Shown one piece after another: positions 15,615 through 24,000 of a DNA stretch of 24,000 nt. The position numbers and the translations under genes are program-made. This DNA is from Salmonella enterica (lineage in GTDB: Bacteria; Pseudomonadota; Gammaproteobacteria; Enterobacterales; Enterobacteriaceae). Under the pieces are notes generated by a model that was not told where the DNA came from, did not search any database, and saw only the letters and a list, made by a program, of their open reading frames with translations. The DNA lies in the NCBI GenBank assembly GCA_050507695.1, contig CP191473.1:3307888-3331887 (forward strand), given 5' to 3'. Positions within the stretch are counted from its first letter, which is position 1. Every line of letters starts with the position of its first letter.

Positions 15615-15632
15615 ATAACTTATTGTTTTTTA

Positions 15633-15709
15633 TGGTACGCCCTGTAGGATTCGAACCTACGACCTACGGCTTAGAAGGCCGTTGCTCTATCCAACTGAGC
15701 TAAGGGCGC
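15633..15709 (-). tRNA. argU: tRNA-Arg (anticodon UCU)
   Basis: The reverse complement GCGCCCTTAGCTCAGTTGGATAGAGCAACGGCCTTCTAAGCCGTAGGTCGTAGGTTCGAATCCTACAGGGCGTACCA folds as a cloverleaf. The anticodon loop is CU-UCU-AA, CCA is encoded, and the sequence is close to E. coli argU. Confidence 0.95.
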
Positions 15710-15748
15710 ATTGCGCGGATGTTCCACTTTGAGCCGGAAACGCCTGGA

Positions 15749-15776
15749 ATTATACGGTCAGCGCCTGGTGAGTCAA
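15749..15776 (-). promoter_or_regulatory. Near-consensus sigma70 promoter of the tRNA-Arg gene
   Basis: The minus strand reads TTGACT-16 nt-TATAAT. The -10 element ends about 40 nt upstream of the mature tRNA 5' end. Confidence 0.65.
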
Positions 15777-15983
15777 TGTATTTTCCGTCAGTTGCTTGCT
15801 TAATGAACGGCTATGCGCATTTTCGCGCCATATACTCAGATTTCTGGCGAAATATCCCCTTTTATCGGCACCGCCAGCTCGCTATCTGCTTCACTACGCA
15901 AACGTTAACTGACAGCGCGCCCCGCTTCTGACAAAATAGCGGTATCCCCCTTAGTTGATGTGACAGATGGAAGCCTTTCTCTG

Positions 15984-16850
15984 ATGGCAGCAAAGATTAT
16001 AGATGGTAAAACGATTGCGCAGCAGGTGCGCTCTGAAGTTGCGGAAAAAGTACGTGCCCGCGTGGCGGCAGGAAAACGCGCTCCAGGACTGGCCGTTGTG
16101 TTGGTGGGTAGCAACCCCGCCTCGCAAATTTATGTCGGCAGCAAACGTAAAGCTTGTGAAGAGGTGGGTTTTATCTCCCGTTCTTACGATCTGCCAGAAA
16201 CCACCAGCGAAGCCGAACTGCTGGAGCTTATCGACAAACTGAACGCCGATAAGACCATCGACGGTATCCTTGTTCAGTTACCGCTGCCTGCGGGTATCGA
16301 TAATGTGAAAGTACTGGAGCGCATTGCGCCAGATAAAGACGTGGATGGTTTTCACCCTTACAACGTTGGCCGTCTGTGCCAGCGCGCTCCGCGTCTACGC
16401 CCTTGTACACCTCGTGGCATCGTTACGCTGCTGGAGCGTTATAATATCGACACCTTCGGCCTGAATGCAGTCGTCATTGGCGCTTCAAATATTGTCGGTC
16501 GCCCAATGAGTATGGAACTGTTGCTGGCGGGCTGCACCACCACGGTAACGCACCGCTTTACTAAAAATCTTCGCCATCATGTAGAGAACGCCGATCTATT
16601 AATTGTTGCGGTCGGTAAGCCCGGTTTTATTCCCGGTGAATGGATCAAAGAAGGCGCAATTGTTGTCGACGTCGGCATTAATAGGCTGGAAAATGGCAAA
16701 GTTGTTGGCGATGTTATTTATGAAGAAGCCGCCGCGCGCGCCGCTTATATCACGCCAGTGCCGGGAGGGGTTGGCCCAATGACCGTAGCAACGCTAATCC
16801 AGAACACGCTGCAGGCGTGCGAAGAATACCATGATGTAGAAGGTGTATAA
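15984..16850 (+). CDS. folD: Bifunctional methylenetetrahydrofolate dehydrogenase / methenyltetrahydrofolate cyclohydrolase
   Basis: 288 aa from [20 protein letters not shown]..., near-identical by eye to E. coli FolD. I prefer the internal ATG at 15984 over the track start at 15960. Confidence 0.97.
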   Translation: MAAKIIDGKTIAQQVRSEVAEKVRARVAAGKRAPGLAVVLVGSNPASQIYVGSKRKACEEVGFISRSYDLPETTSEAELLELIDKLNADKTIDGILVQLPLPAGIDNVKVLERIAPDKDVDGFHPYNVGRLCQRAPRLRPCTPRGIVTLLERYNIDTFGLNAVVIGASNIVGRPMSMELLLAGCTTTVTHRFTKNLRHHVENADLLIVAVGKPGFIPGEWIKEGAIVVDVGINRLENGKVVGDVIYEEAAARAAYITPVPGGVGPMTVATLIQNTLQACEEYHDVEGV

Positions 16851-16851
16851 G

Positions 16852-17064
16852 ATGACAACATTTTCCCTGGGAAAACATCCGCACGTTGAGCTGTGCGATT
16901 TGCTGAAACTCGAAGGCTGGAGCGAAAGCGGCGCGCAGGCCAAAATCGTTATTGCAGAAGGTCAGGTTAAAGTTGATGGTGTCGTTGAGACACGTAAACG
17001 CTGTAAAATTGTCGCCGGACAAACGGTAACTTATGCGGACCAATCCGTAACCGTCACTGCCTGA
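16852..17064 (+). CDS. ybcJ: S4-domain ribosome-associated RNA-binding protein YbcJ
   Basis: 70 aa. MTTFSLGKHPHVELCDLLKLEGWSESGAQAKI.IAEGQVKVDG matches E. coli YbcJ. The ATG lies 1 nt after the folD stop. Confidence 0.93.
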   Translation: MTTFSLGKHPHVELCDLLKLEGWSESGAQAKIVIAEGQVKVDGVVETRKRCKIVAGQTVTYADQSVTVTA

Positions 17065-17214
17065 TTATTTCCACGCCCTCTTCTATGAGGGCGAAAAGCA
17101 AACTATTCCCCATAACCATAACGGTTAATTCTCGATCAACCTCAAACAATCAGCATCTCGTCTGACTAAATGTGAAAATTTAGTTGCGCCATGTTTTGCC
17201 TTCTCTCACGATAA

Positions 17215-17244
17215 GTAGAACGTTCTACTAAAACGTTCTACTAA
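17215..17244. promoter_or_regulatory. LacI-family operator: 14-bp perfect palindrome GTAGAACGTTCTAC plus a tandem 13-bp repeat AACGTTCTACTAA x2
   Basis: The palindrome spans 17215-17228 and is centred on CG like LacI/MalI-type operators (the MalI box is GATAAAACGTTTTATC). The direct repeats are at 17219-17231 and 17232-17244. The element lies 40-70 bp upstream of the PTS start. Confidence 0.6.
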
Positions 17245-17284
17245 CAATAACAGCACACATACACGTTATTCGGGGGAAGTCAGC

Positions 17285-18784
17285 ATGAGCCTGATATCAG
17301 GGTTTGTTAAGGCACTATCGAAGTTATCCATGATTGGCCGCGCACTAATGTTGCCGATCTCACTGTTACCTGCCGCAGGTTTATTACTGGCCTTCGGTGA
17401 TAAATTTCACCTGCCTTTGATGATGAATGCAGGTGGCGTTATTTTTGATAATTTACCGCTGCTCTTTGCTATCGGCTCTGCCGTAGGACTAGCATCAGAG
17501 TCCGGAATTGCTGCCTTATCTGCAGCCGTTTCAGTATTTATAACCAATATCACTATCGGCACGGTATTAAATATCACCCCGGAAATGGCTTCCCAGGGTG
17601 GAAAATATGCAATGGTAGTGGGTATTCCAACACTACAGATGGGCGTGTTTGGTGGCCTGATTTGCGGGATCCTTGCCGCCTGGTGCTACAACCGCTTTCA
17701 CACCATGCAATTACCTGAATTCCTCGGTTTCTTCTCCGGCAAGCGTTTTGTCGCCATCGCCACCGCATTTTTATCGTTTATCCTCGGCCTGTTATTGCCA
17801 TATGTCTGGCAACATATTCAGGCGGGTATTGACGCACTATCCATTATTGTCAACGGCGATAATCAGGCGGCATCGACCTTTATTTTTGGCCTGGTAGAAC
17901 GCGCCTTGATCCCGCTTGGCCTGCACCATATCTGGTATCCCTCATTCTGGTACTCCTTTGGCGATTACACTACTCAGGCCGGGCTGGTCATTCATGGCGA
18001 TCAAACTATTTGGTTCAAAATGCTGGAAGAGGGAACCAAATCCTTTAGCAGTGATACTTACCAAAATGCCGGTAAATTTATGCAGGGTGAGTTCCCACTG
18101 ATGCTATTTGCACTTCCAGCCGCCTGTCTGGCGATGTATCACGAAGCGCAGACTAAAAATAAAAAAATCGCCTCCGGTATTCTCTTTTCAGCCGCGCTGA
18201 CCTGCTTCCTGACCGGGATTACTGAGCCGGTAGAATTTACCTTTATTTTTGTGGCCCCCATCCTCTATGTCTTTAATGCCATCATGGCTGGCCTGGCATA
18301 TATGACGATGTACCTGCTCCATGCGCACATTGCAAAATCCTTTTCAGCCGGGCTGATTGACTATATTTCGTTTGGCATTCTGCCGTCTTTTAATGGTTAC
18401 CAGACCAATTTTCTTAATGCGGTGATCATTGGTATTCCGATGGCGCTTATTTACTACTTCACCTTCCGCTTTGTCATCCGTCGTTTTGATATCAAAACAC
18501 CCGGTCGAACCGACGTTACCGCAACAGCGAACGATAAAACGGATAACGAAATTGCCACTGAGATTATTACCTTGCTGGGCGGTGCGCAGAATATTGATTC
18601 CGTCGGTTCATGCATTACCCGCCTGCGTCTGGAAGTGGCCAAAAGCGAGATGGTAGACAAAGACGGACTCAATAGCGTCGGCGCACGTGGCGTCGTTTTT
18701 GTCGGGGATACCGGTATCCAGGTTATTTTTGGCGCCAGAGCACAATTTATCGCGCAGAGCATGTCCACAATGATCGGTAAATAA
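17285..18784 (+). CDS. PTS glucose-family EIICB component (PtsG/MalX/NagE-like)
   Basis: 499 aa. The EIIC core (LIPLGLHHIWYPSFW, GITEPVEFTFIFVAPILY) parallels PtsG. The C-terminal EIIB carries LLGGAQNIDSVGSCITRLRL. There is no EIIA domain. Confidence 0.9.
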   Translation: MSLISGFVKALSKLSMIGRALMLPISLLPAAGLLLAFGDKFHLPLMMNAGGVIFDNLPLLFAIGSAVGLASESGIAALSAAVSVFITNITIGTVLNITPEMASQGGKYAMVVGIPTLQMGVFGGLICGILAAWCYNRFHTMQLPEFLGFFSGKRFVAIATAFLSFILGLLLPYVWQHIQAGIDALSIIVNGDNQAASTFIFGLVERALIPLGLHHIWYPSFWYSFGDYTTQAGLVIHGDQTIWFKMLEEGTKSFSSDTYQNAGKFMQGEFPLMLFALPAACLAMYHEAQTKNKKIASGILFSAALTCFLTGITEPVEFTFIFVAPILYVFNAIMAGLAYMTMYLLHAHIAKSFSAGLIDYISFGILPSFNGYQTNFLNAVIIGIPMALIYYFTFRFVIRRFDIKTPGRTDVTATANDKTDNEIATEIITLLGGAQNIDSVGSCITRLRLEVAKSEMVDKDGLNSVGARGVVFVGDTGIQVIFGARAQFIAQSMSTMIGK

Positions 18785-18790
18785 TAAAAT

Positions 18791-18845
18791 GCTGTTATGG
18801 TTCGTCTCCTGTAATACCCAGGAGATATGGCCATAACAGCTATTT
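18791..18845 (+). terminator. Compound stem-loop between the PTS gene and the repressor gene
   Basis: The outer 10-bp stem is perfect: gctgttatgg (18791-18800) / ccataacagc (18831-18840). The inner stem is tctcctg / caggaga. The sequence tattt follows. Confidence 0.45.
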
Positions 18846-18857
18846 CAGGGAGCGGAT

Positions 18858-19874
18858 TTGAAGAAAGTTAGCATTATTGATGTCGCAAAACAGGCTGGTG
18901 TATCAGTATCAACCGTCTCATTGGTATTACGCCAGAAAGGGAAAATCTCGGATGCGACAATCGAAAAAGTACATGCAGCGATAGCAGCACTCGGCTATGT
19001 GCATAATATCGCCGCTGCCAACCTGCGTGCCAATACCTCGAATCTAATCGGTCTGATCCTGCGGGATTTCAGCGATAGTTTTTCAATCAAAGTCATGACC
19101 AGTATTGTGCAGGAGCTGGAACAGCAAGGGTACATGGTATTTCTCAGCCAGCCTCTTAACGATGGGGAACGACTTGAGCGTTGCCTTCTTTCTTTCAAGC
19201 AACAGGGAGTCGCAGGAGTTATCTATCTGGCATCAGATTCACGCACCTCAAGACTCCCGGCTCAAATCCGCCAGTGCCCTCTTCCTCTGGTTGTAGTCTC
19301 TCAGTCATTGCTGGAGGAGGAGTGTGACCTGGTCATGCGTGATAATCGTCAGGCCGCCAGCCTGGCGACGCGGTATTTGATTGAACGTGGACACCGTAAT
19401 ATCGCCTATGTTGGCGGGGCAGAAGATGACTTAATTCGCTATCAGCGATTGCTGGGTTTTCGTTCTGTAATGACGCAACATGGCCTGCTTTTACGCGAGG
19501 AGATGACGCCTGCCAGTAGTGACGGTACGCAGGCTGCGGGTTTCGCCACCCGGCAATTGCTGGAGAAAAACAACACCATTACCGCTCTGCTATGTCACTC
19601 GCCCGATGCATTGATCGGCTCAATTGCTGGCATTCATCAGACCGGGCGTACGGTAGGGAAAGATGTCTTTCTGACACAGCAGGTGGCACTGATTGGTTTT
19701 GAGGATATGCTACACGTTAATCTCACCTCCCCGGCAGTCACCTATGTCTCTTCAGCGAGTGAAGAAACTGGACGACAGGCCGCAGGGCTGATTATCCGTA
19801 AGATAAAAGAACCCGAGCGACAAACGCAGCGCATCACGCTTTCCGGGCAATTAATTGTCCGTGAGTCGGCATGA
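18858..19874 (+). CDS. LacI-family transcriptional repressor (MalI-like)
   Basis: 338 aa with a TTG start and GGGAG upstream. The N-terminal HTH IIDVAKQAGVSVSTVSLVLRQKGKIS..T..KV..AI..LGYV.N resembles MalI, followed by a periplasmic-binding-protein-type sugar-binding core. Confidence 0.9.
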   Translation: MKKVSIIDVAKQAGVSVSTVSLVLRQKGKISDATIEKVHAAIAALGYVHNIAAANLRANTSNLIGLILRDFSDSFSIKVMTSIVQELEQQGYMVFLSQPLNDGERLERCLLSFKQQGVAGVIYLASDSRTSRLPAQIRQCPLPLVVVSQSLLEEECDLVMRDNRQAASLATRYLIERGHRNIAYVGGAEDDLIRYQRLLGFRSVMTQHGLLLREEMTPASSDGTQAAGFATRQLLEKNNTITALLCHSPDALIGSIAGIHQTGRTVGKDVFLTQQVALIGFEDMLHVNLTSPAVTYVSSASEETGRQAAGLIIRKIKEPERQTQRITLSGQLIVRESA

Positions 19875-19876
19875 GA

Positions 19877-19907
19877 TTTTTGCCGGATAGCGATTATCCG
19901 GCAAAAA
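19877..19907. terminator. Bidirectional intrinsic terminator between the repressor gene and cysS
   Basis: tttttGCCGGATAgcgatTATCCGGCaaaaa forms an 8-bp GC-rich stem flanked by a T5 run and an A5 run, so it can serve both convergent genes. Confidence 0.75.
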
Positions 19908-19916
19908 TGTTCAGCC

Positions 19917-21302
19917 CTATTTGCGACGCCAGGTCGTCCCTTGCGGGCCATCTTCCAGCACGATACCCATCTCGTTGAGCCGATCCCGCGCAGCATCCGC
20001 CGCCGCCCAATCCTTCGCTTTACGGGCATCCAGACGCTGCTGGATGAGCTGTTCGATTTCAGCAACTTCGTCGCCACCTGCCTGCGCACCGCTTTGCAAG
20101 AAGAGATCCGGATCCTGCTCCAGCAGTCCCAGCACGCCCGCGAGCTTACGCAAATGCGACGCCAGCGCATTTGCCGCATCGCTCTCTTCGGCTTTCAGTC
20201 GGTTCACTTCACGCGCCATATCAAACAGCACAGAATAAGCCTCCGGCGTGTTGAAATCATCATCCATCGCTTCAACAAAACGCGCTTCAAAAGCCTCACC
20301 ACCACCGGCAGCGACACTTTTATCTGTACCGCGTAACGCAGTATAAAGGCGCTCCAGCGCAGAACGAGCCTGTTTAAGGTTCTCTTCGCTATAGTTCAGT
20401 TGGCTGCGGTAGTGACCCGACATCAGGAAGTAACGAATGGTTTCCGCGTCGTAGTACTTCAGGACATCACGCACAGTAAAAAAGTTGCCCAGCGATTTAG
20501 ACATTTTCTCGCGGTCAACCATGACCATACCCGAGTGCATCCAGTAATTAACGTATTCGCCATCGTGCGCGCAGGTCGATTGCGCGATTTCATTTTCATG
20601 ATGCGGAAACATCAAATCGGAACCGCCGCCGTGAATATCGAAATGAGTGCCTAACTGTTTGCAGTTCATCGCTGAGCACTCAATATGCCAGCCCGGGCGC
20701 CCCTCTCCCCACGGTGATGACCAGCTTGGCTCACCCGGCTTGGACATTTTCCACAGCACAAAATCCATCGGGTTGCGTTTGACTTCCGCCACTTCCACCC
20801 GCGCACCTGCCTGTAACTGCTCCAGATCCTGGCGCGACAGCATGCCGTAGTTAGGATCGGTAGGTACGGAGAACATCACATCCCCGTTGTCGGCAACGTA
20901 AGCGTGCCCCCGCTCAACTAAGCGGCTGGTGAGCTCGATAATTTCGGCAATATGGTACGTTGCGCGTGGTTCGCTATCAGGCATCAGGATATTGAGCGCA
21001 TTAAAGTCTTTATGCATCTCGGCAATCATGCGATCCACCAGAGCGACAAAACTCTCGCCGTTTTCATTGGCTCGTTTGATGATTTTGTCATCAATATCAG
21101 TAATGTTACGCACGTATTTCAGCTTATAGCCAAGAAAACGCAGATAGCGCGCAACCACATCAAAGGCAACGAAAGTACGACCATGCCCAATATGACAGAG
21201 GTCATAAACAGTAATACCACACACGTACATGCCGACTTCCCCGGCATGGATAGGTTTGAATTCCTCTTTTTGGCGCGTCAGTGTATTAAAGATTTTTAAC
21301 AT
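19917..21302 (-). CDS. cysS: Cysteine--tRNA ligase
   Basis: 461 aa from [42 protein letters not shown]...KMSKSLGN, near-identical by eye to E. coli CysS. I prefer the start at 21302 over the track start at 21341. Confidence 0.97.
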   Translation of the reverse strand: MLKIFNTLTRQKEEFKPIHAGEVGMYVCGITVYDLCHIGHGRTFVAFDVVARYLRFLGYKLKYVRNITDIDDKIIKRANENGESFVALVDRMIAEMHKDFNALNILMPDSEPRATYHIAEIIELTSRLVERGHAYVADNGDVMFSVPTDPNYGMLSRQDLEQLQAGARVEVAEVKRNPMDFVLWKMSKPGEPSWSSPWGEGRPGWHIECSAMNCKQLGTHFDIHGGGSDLMFPHHENEIAQSTCAHDGEYVNYWMHSGMVMVDREKMSKSLGNFFTVRDVLKYYDAETIRYFLMSGHYRSQLNYSEENLKQARSALERLYTALRGTDKSVAAGGGEAFEARFVEAMDDDFNTPEAYSVLFDMAREVNRLKAEESDAANALASHLRKLAGVLGLLEQDPDLFLQSGAQAGGDEVAEIEQLIQQRLDARKAKDWAAADAARDRLNEMGIVLEDGPQGTTWRRK

Positions 21303-21474
21303 CGAAGATTCCATGTAGACGTGTGTGGAACGAAACCGCATATACTACCTGTAATTCAACCCCGAAGCAGCACACTTTGCAAGGTGATCCGGCCTCGCGG
21401 TTATGCTATAACAGGCGCTTATCTCTGACCCGCTGACGGGTCTGCGCACCACACTATCAGAACAGGATGCAATA

Positions 21475-21969
21475 ATGGTTACTTTCCACACTAATCACGG
21501 CGATATCGTAATCAAAACTTTCGATGACAAAGCGCCTGAAACAGTTAAAAACTTCCTGGACTACTGCCGTGAAGGTTTCTACAACAACACGATTTTTCAC
21601 CGTGTAATCAATGGATTTATGATTCAGGGCGGCGGTTTTGAACCGGGCATGACTCAGAAAACAACAAAAGATCCAATTAAAAACGAAGCTAACAACGGGC
21701 TGAAAAACACCCGCGGTACGCTGGCGATGGCGCGTACTCAGGCACCGCACTCCGCAACAGCGCAGTTCTTTATCAACGTAGCTGATAACGACTTCCTGAA
21801 CTTTAGCGGCGAAAGCATGCAGGGTTGGGGCTACTGTGTCTTCGCAGAAGTAGTAGAAGGCATGGATGTCGTCGACAAAATCAAAGGCGTCGCGACGGGT
21901 CGCAGCGGTATGCACCAGGACGTGCCGAAAGAGGACGTTATTATTGAAAGCGTGACTGTTAGCGAGTAA
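21475..21969 (+). CDS. ppiB: Peptidyl-prolyl cis-trans isomerase B (cyclophilin)
   Basis: 164 aa. [55 protein letters not shown] matches E. coli PpiB. Confidence 0.97.
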   Translation: MVTFHTNHGDIVIKTFDDKAPETVKNFLDYCREGFYNNTIFHRVINGFMIQGGGFEPGMTQKTTKDPIKNEANNGLKNTRGTLAMARTQAPHSATAQFFINVADNDFLNFSGESMQGWGYCVFAEVVEGMDVVDKIKGVATGRSGMHQDVPKEDVIIESVTVSE

Positions 21970-21972
21970 TTC

Positions 21973-22695
21973 GTGACAACACTCTTTATTGCAGATCTGC
22001 ATCTGCAAATAGAAGAACCGGCGATCACCGCCGGTTTTCTGCGTTTTTTAACCAACGAAGCACGCAAGGCAGATGCGCTTTATATCCTGGGCGATCTATT
22101 TGAAACCTGGATCGGCGATGATGATCCTAATCCTCTGCATCAACAAGTTGCTCAGGCCATCAAAGCCCTGAGTGAAAGTGGCGTTCCTTGCTATTTCATT
22201 CATGGCAATCGTGATTTTCTGCTCGGTCAGCATTTTGCACGCCAGAGCGGTATGACATTACTACCACAAGAGCAAGTACTCGATCTCTATGGCCGCAAGG
22301 TGCTAATTATGCATGGCGATACGCTCTGCACCGATGACGCCGGTTATCAGGCCTTTCGGGCTAAAGTGCACCAGCCCTGGCTACAGAAACTTTTCCTCGC
22401 CCTGCCCCTGTTTATTCGACGTCGTATCGCCGCTAAAATGCGTGCCGGAAGTCGCACCGCGAACAGCAGTAAGTCACTGAAAATCATGGATGTAAACCAA
22501 CAGGCTGTCGTCGAGACAATGGAAAAATATCAGGTGCAATGGTTGATTCATGGTCATACACACCGCCCGGCAGTGCATGAGTTCGAAGCGAATAACGCCG
22601 TCGCTTACCGCGTCGTATTGGGCGCATGGCATAGTGAAGGCTCGTTAATCAGCGTCACAAAAGAAGAAGTTAAACTCCTCTCATTCTCTTTATAA
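21973..22695 (+). CDS. lpxH: UDP-2,3-diacylglucosamine diphosphatase
   Basis: 240 aa with a GTG start 1 nt after the ppiB stop codon. TLFIADLHL...[16 protein letters not shown]...GNRDFL...HGHTHRP matches E. coli LpxH. Confidence 0.95.
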   Translation: MTTLFIADLHLQIEEPAITAGFLRFLTNEARKADALYILGDLFETWIGDDDPNPLHQQVAQAIKALSESGVPCYFIHGNRDFLLGQHFARQSGMTLLPQEQVLDLYGRKVLIMHGDTLCTDDAGYQAFRAKVHQPWLQKLFLALPLFIRRRIAAKMRAGSRTANSSKSLKIMDVNQQAVVETMEKYQVQWLIHGHTHRPAVHEFEANNAVAYRVVLGAWHSEGSLISVTKEEVKLLSFSL

Positions 22696-22757
22696 GCGAA
22701 TACAATGCCCTCGGTGCATTTTTATGCGCAGTGCAACAGAAGGCCGCTTCCCCGTTG

Positions 22758-22773
22758 ACGCAACCGTTTTCCT
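22758..22773. promoter_or_regulatory. PurR operator (PUR box) upstream of purEK
   Basis: ACGCAACCGTTTTCCT fits the PurR box consensus aCGCAAACGTTTTCnT. It lies about 75 bp upstream of the purE ATG and overlaps a TTGACG hexamer. Confidence 0.7.
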
Positions 22774-22845
22774 TGCCCTTTTTCCATGCTATTCTCTGTG
22801 CCCTCTTATGTAGTCTGAAGCACACCCACAGGAGTTTTGAGACGC

Positions 22846-23355
22846 ATGTCCTCAAGCAACCAACCGGCGCGCATCGCCATCGTTATGGGCTCAAAAAGCG
22901 ACTGGGCCACCATGCAGTTCGCCGCCGAAATCCTCGATACCCTGAACGTCCCGTACCACGTTGAAGTTGTCTCTGCCCACCGCACCCCCGATAAGCTATT
23001 TAGCTTTGCCGAAACCGCAGAGCAACAAGGTTATCAGGTTATTATTGCCGGTGCTGGCGGGGCAGCGCATCTGCCGGGCATGATTGCCGCTAAAACGTTG
23101 GTGCCGGTACTGGGTGTGCCGGTTCAGAGCGCCGCGTTAAGCGGTGTTGATAGTCTTTATTCTATTGTACAGATGCCGCGCGGTATTCCTGTGGGGACGC
23201 TGGCTATCGGTAAAGCTGGCGCGGCGAATGCCGCACTACTGGCAGCGCAAATCCTTGCTCAGCACGATGCTTCCTTACATCAGCGTCTGGCAAATTGGCG
23301 CCAGGCCCAGACTGACGAAGTGCTGGAAAACCCGGACCCGCGGGGTGCTGCATGA
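22846..23355 (+). CDS. purE: 5-(carboxyamino)imidazole ribonucleotide mutase
   Basis: 169 aa from [29 protein letters not shown]...[10 protein letters not shown], near-identical by eye to E. coli PurE. I prefer the start at 22846. Confidence 0.97.
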   Translation: MSSSNQPARIAIVMGSKSDWATMQFAAEILDTLNVPYHVEVVSAHRTPDKLFSFAETAEQQGYQVIIAGAGGAAHLPGMIAAKTLVPVLGVPVQSAALSGVDSLYSIVQMPRGIPVGTLAIGKAGAANAALLAAQILAQHDASLHQRLANWRQAQTDEVLENPDPRGAA

Positions 23356-24000
23356 AGCAGGTTTGCGTTTTAGGTAATGGTCAGCTTGGCCGTATGTTGC
23401 GTCAGGCTGGCGAGCCGCTCAGCATTGCCGTCTGGCCCGTGGGGCTGGATGCCGCACCTGAGGCAGTGCCCTACGCACAAAGTGTCATCACTGCTGAAAT
23501 TGAACGCTGGCCGCAAACCCCCCTAACCCGTGAGCTGGAACGCCACCCGGCATTTGTGAACCGCGATGTTTTCCCGGTTATCGCCGATCGCCTGACGCAG
23601 AAACAGCTTTTCGATACGCTTCAACTCCCAACAGCGCCGTGGCAACTGCTATCAGAGAAAAGCGAATGGCCGCATCTCTTTTCCCGTTTGGGCAAACTGG
23701 CTATTGTTAAACGCCGTGTCGGTGGTTATGACGGGCGTGGACAGTGGCGTTTATATGCGCAAGATATCGATCAGTTGCCTGATGAGTGCTACGGCGAATG
23801 TATTGTCGAGCAGGGCATTAATTTCACGGCTGAAGTTTCGCTGGTCGGGGCGCGCGCGCGCGATGGCAGCACAGTGTTCTATCCGCTAACGCATAACCTG
23901 CATCAGGATGGCATTCTGCGCACCAGCGTGGCATTTCCACAGCCAAATGCTGAACAGCAACGGCAAGCAGAATCCATGCTGAGAGCGATTATGCAGACGC
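23352..24000 (+). CDS. purK: 5-(carboxyamino)imidazole ribonucleotide synthase, 3'-truncated by the window edge
   Basis: The ATG at 23352 overlaps the purE TGA (ATGA). [23 protein letters not shown]...[16 protein letters not shown] is the PurK ATP-grasp N-terminus. The frame is open to base 24000, so it is absent from the ORF track. Confidence 0.95.
   Translation, partial: MKQVCVLGNGQLGRMLRQAGEPLSIAVWPVGLDAAPEAVPYAQSVITAEIERWPQTPLTRELERHPAFVNRDVFPVIADRLTQKQLFDTLQLPTAPWQLLSEKSEWPHLFSRLGKLAIVKRRVGGYDGRGQWRLYAQDIDQLPDECYGECIVEQGINFTAEVSLVGARARDGSTVFYPLTHNLHQDGILRTSVAFPQPNAEQQRQAESMLRAIMQT

Noticed and set aside
15719-15931. 70-aa plus-strand ORF between the tRNA and folD, and the antisense ORF 15905..16114
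   Set aside because: Neither has an RBS or a recognisable family. The first covers the near-consensus tRNA promoter on the opposite strand. The second is antisense to the folD 5' end.
17073-17094. Hairpin cgccctc-ttctatg-agggcg after ybcJ as an intrinsic terminator
   Set aside because: The stem is real, but A-rich rather than T-rich sequence follows it on the plus strand. It may be a weak or Rho-assisted terminator, so I did not list it as a feature.
17171-17186. Possible CRP site, TGTGAaaatttAGTTG, upstream of the PTS gene
   Set aside because: Only the left half-site matches TGTGA-N6-TCACA. The right half is poor, so there is not enough support to call it.
19921-21299. Plus-strand ORFs of 66-131 aa (19921..20238, 19941..20336, 20400..20654, 20647..20850, 20929..21129, 20952..21299) and the minus-strand ORF 19742..20179
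   Set aside because: All lie antisense to, or out of frame within, the highly conserved cysS and LacI-family genes. Their low-complexity Arg/Ser-rich translations are typical shadow ORFs.
21457-22067. Minus-strand ORFs 21457..22008 (183 aa) and 21831..22067 (78 aa)
   Set aside because: They are antisense shadows of ppiB and the lpxH start. The Cys/His/Val-rich sequence resembles no protein family, whereas ppiB and lpxH match E. coli almost residue for residue.
23850-23862. Alternating GC run (gcgcgcgcgcgcg), a Z-DNA-prone or simple-repeat candidate
   Set aside because: It lies in frame inside purK and encodes GARARDG in a conserved context. It is a single short run, not a repeat array or CRISPR.
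1-24000. Searched for CRISPR arrays, for a direct repeat of the tRNA-Arg 3' end (att site), for an integrase or recombinase gene, and for toxin-antitoxin pairs
   Set aside because: I saw no regularly spaced repeats, no second copy of ggattcgaacctac-type sequence, and no ORF with integrase, recombinase or TA-like features in either strand.

Overview
This window looks like an Enterobacteriaceae chromosome (E. coli/Citrobacter/Salmonella-like protein sequences) and splits into two parts. The right third (about 15.6-24 kb) is conserved housekeeping backbone: tRNA-Arg(UCU) (argU-type), folD, ybcJ, cysS, ppiB, lpxH, purE and the 5' part of purK. In this stretch a PTS EIICB gene plus a LacI/MalI-type repressor sit where E. 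coli K-12 carries ybcI. No sfm/fim fimbrial cluster lies between folD and the tRNA. The left about 15 kb is a mosaic of small gene modules in both orientations, separated by very AT-rich spacers. It ends in an IS30 remnant that abuts the 3' end of the tRNA, which is the layout expected of a decayed tRNA-associated accessory region. This region contains: a 5'-truncated M20 amidohydrolase; an EAL+HDOD c-di-GMP protein; a small MarA/SoxS/RamA-type activator; a KTSC protein with a nucleoside-recognition membrane protein; an ASCH protein; an Old Yellow Enzyme-type flavin reductase; an H-NS paralogue; a frameshifted kinase-like gene; a BglG-type antiterminator with a PTS protein that has EIIB and EIIA domains but no EIIC; a solo, apparently frameshifted FlhC-like gene; and a translationally coupled three-enzyme phospholipid module (YnbA-like CDP-alcohol phosphatidyltransferase, CdsA-like, PlsC-like) followed by a 48-codon ORF. 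The candidates I rate most worth follow-up are the EIIC-less PTS/antiterminator pair with its RAT-like/terminator leader, the accessory phospholipid operon, the solo FlhC-like gene, and the island-borne H-NS paralogue. All homology statements are by-eye comparisons with remembered family sequences and motifs. No database search was possible.
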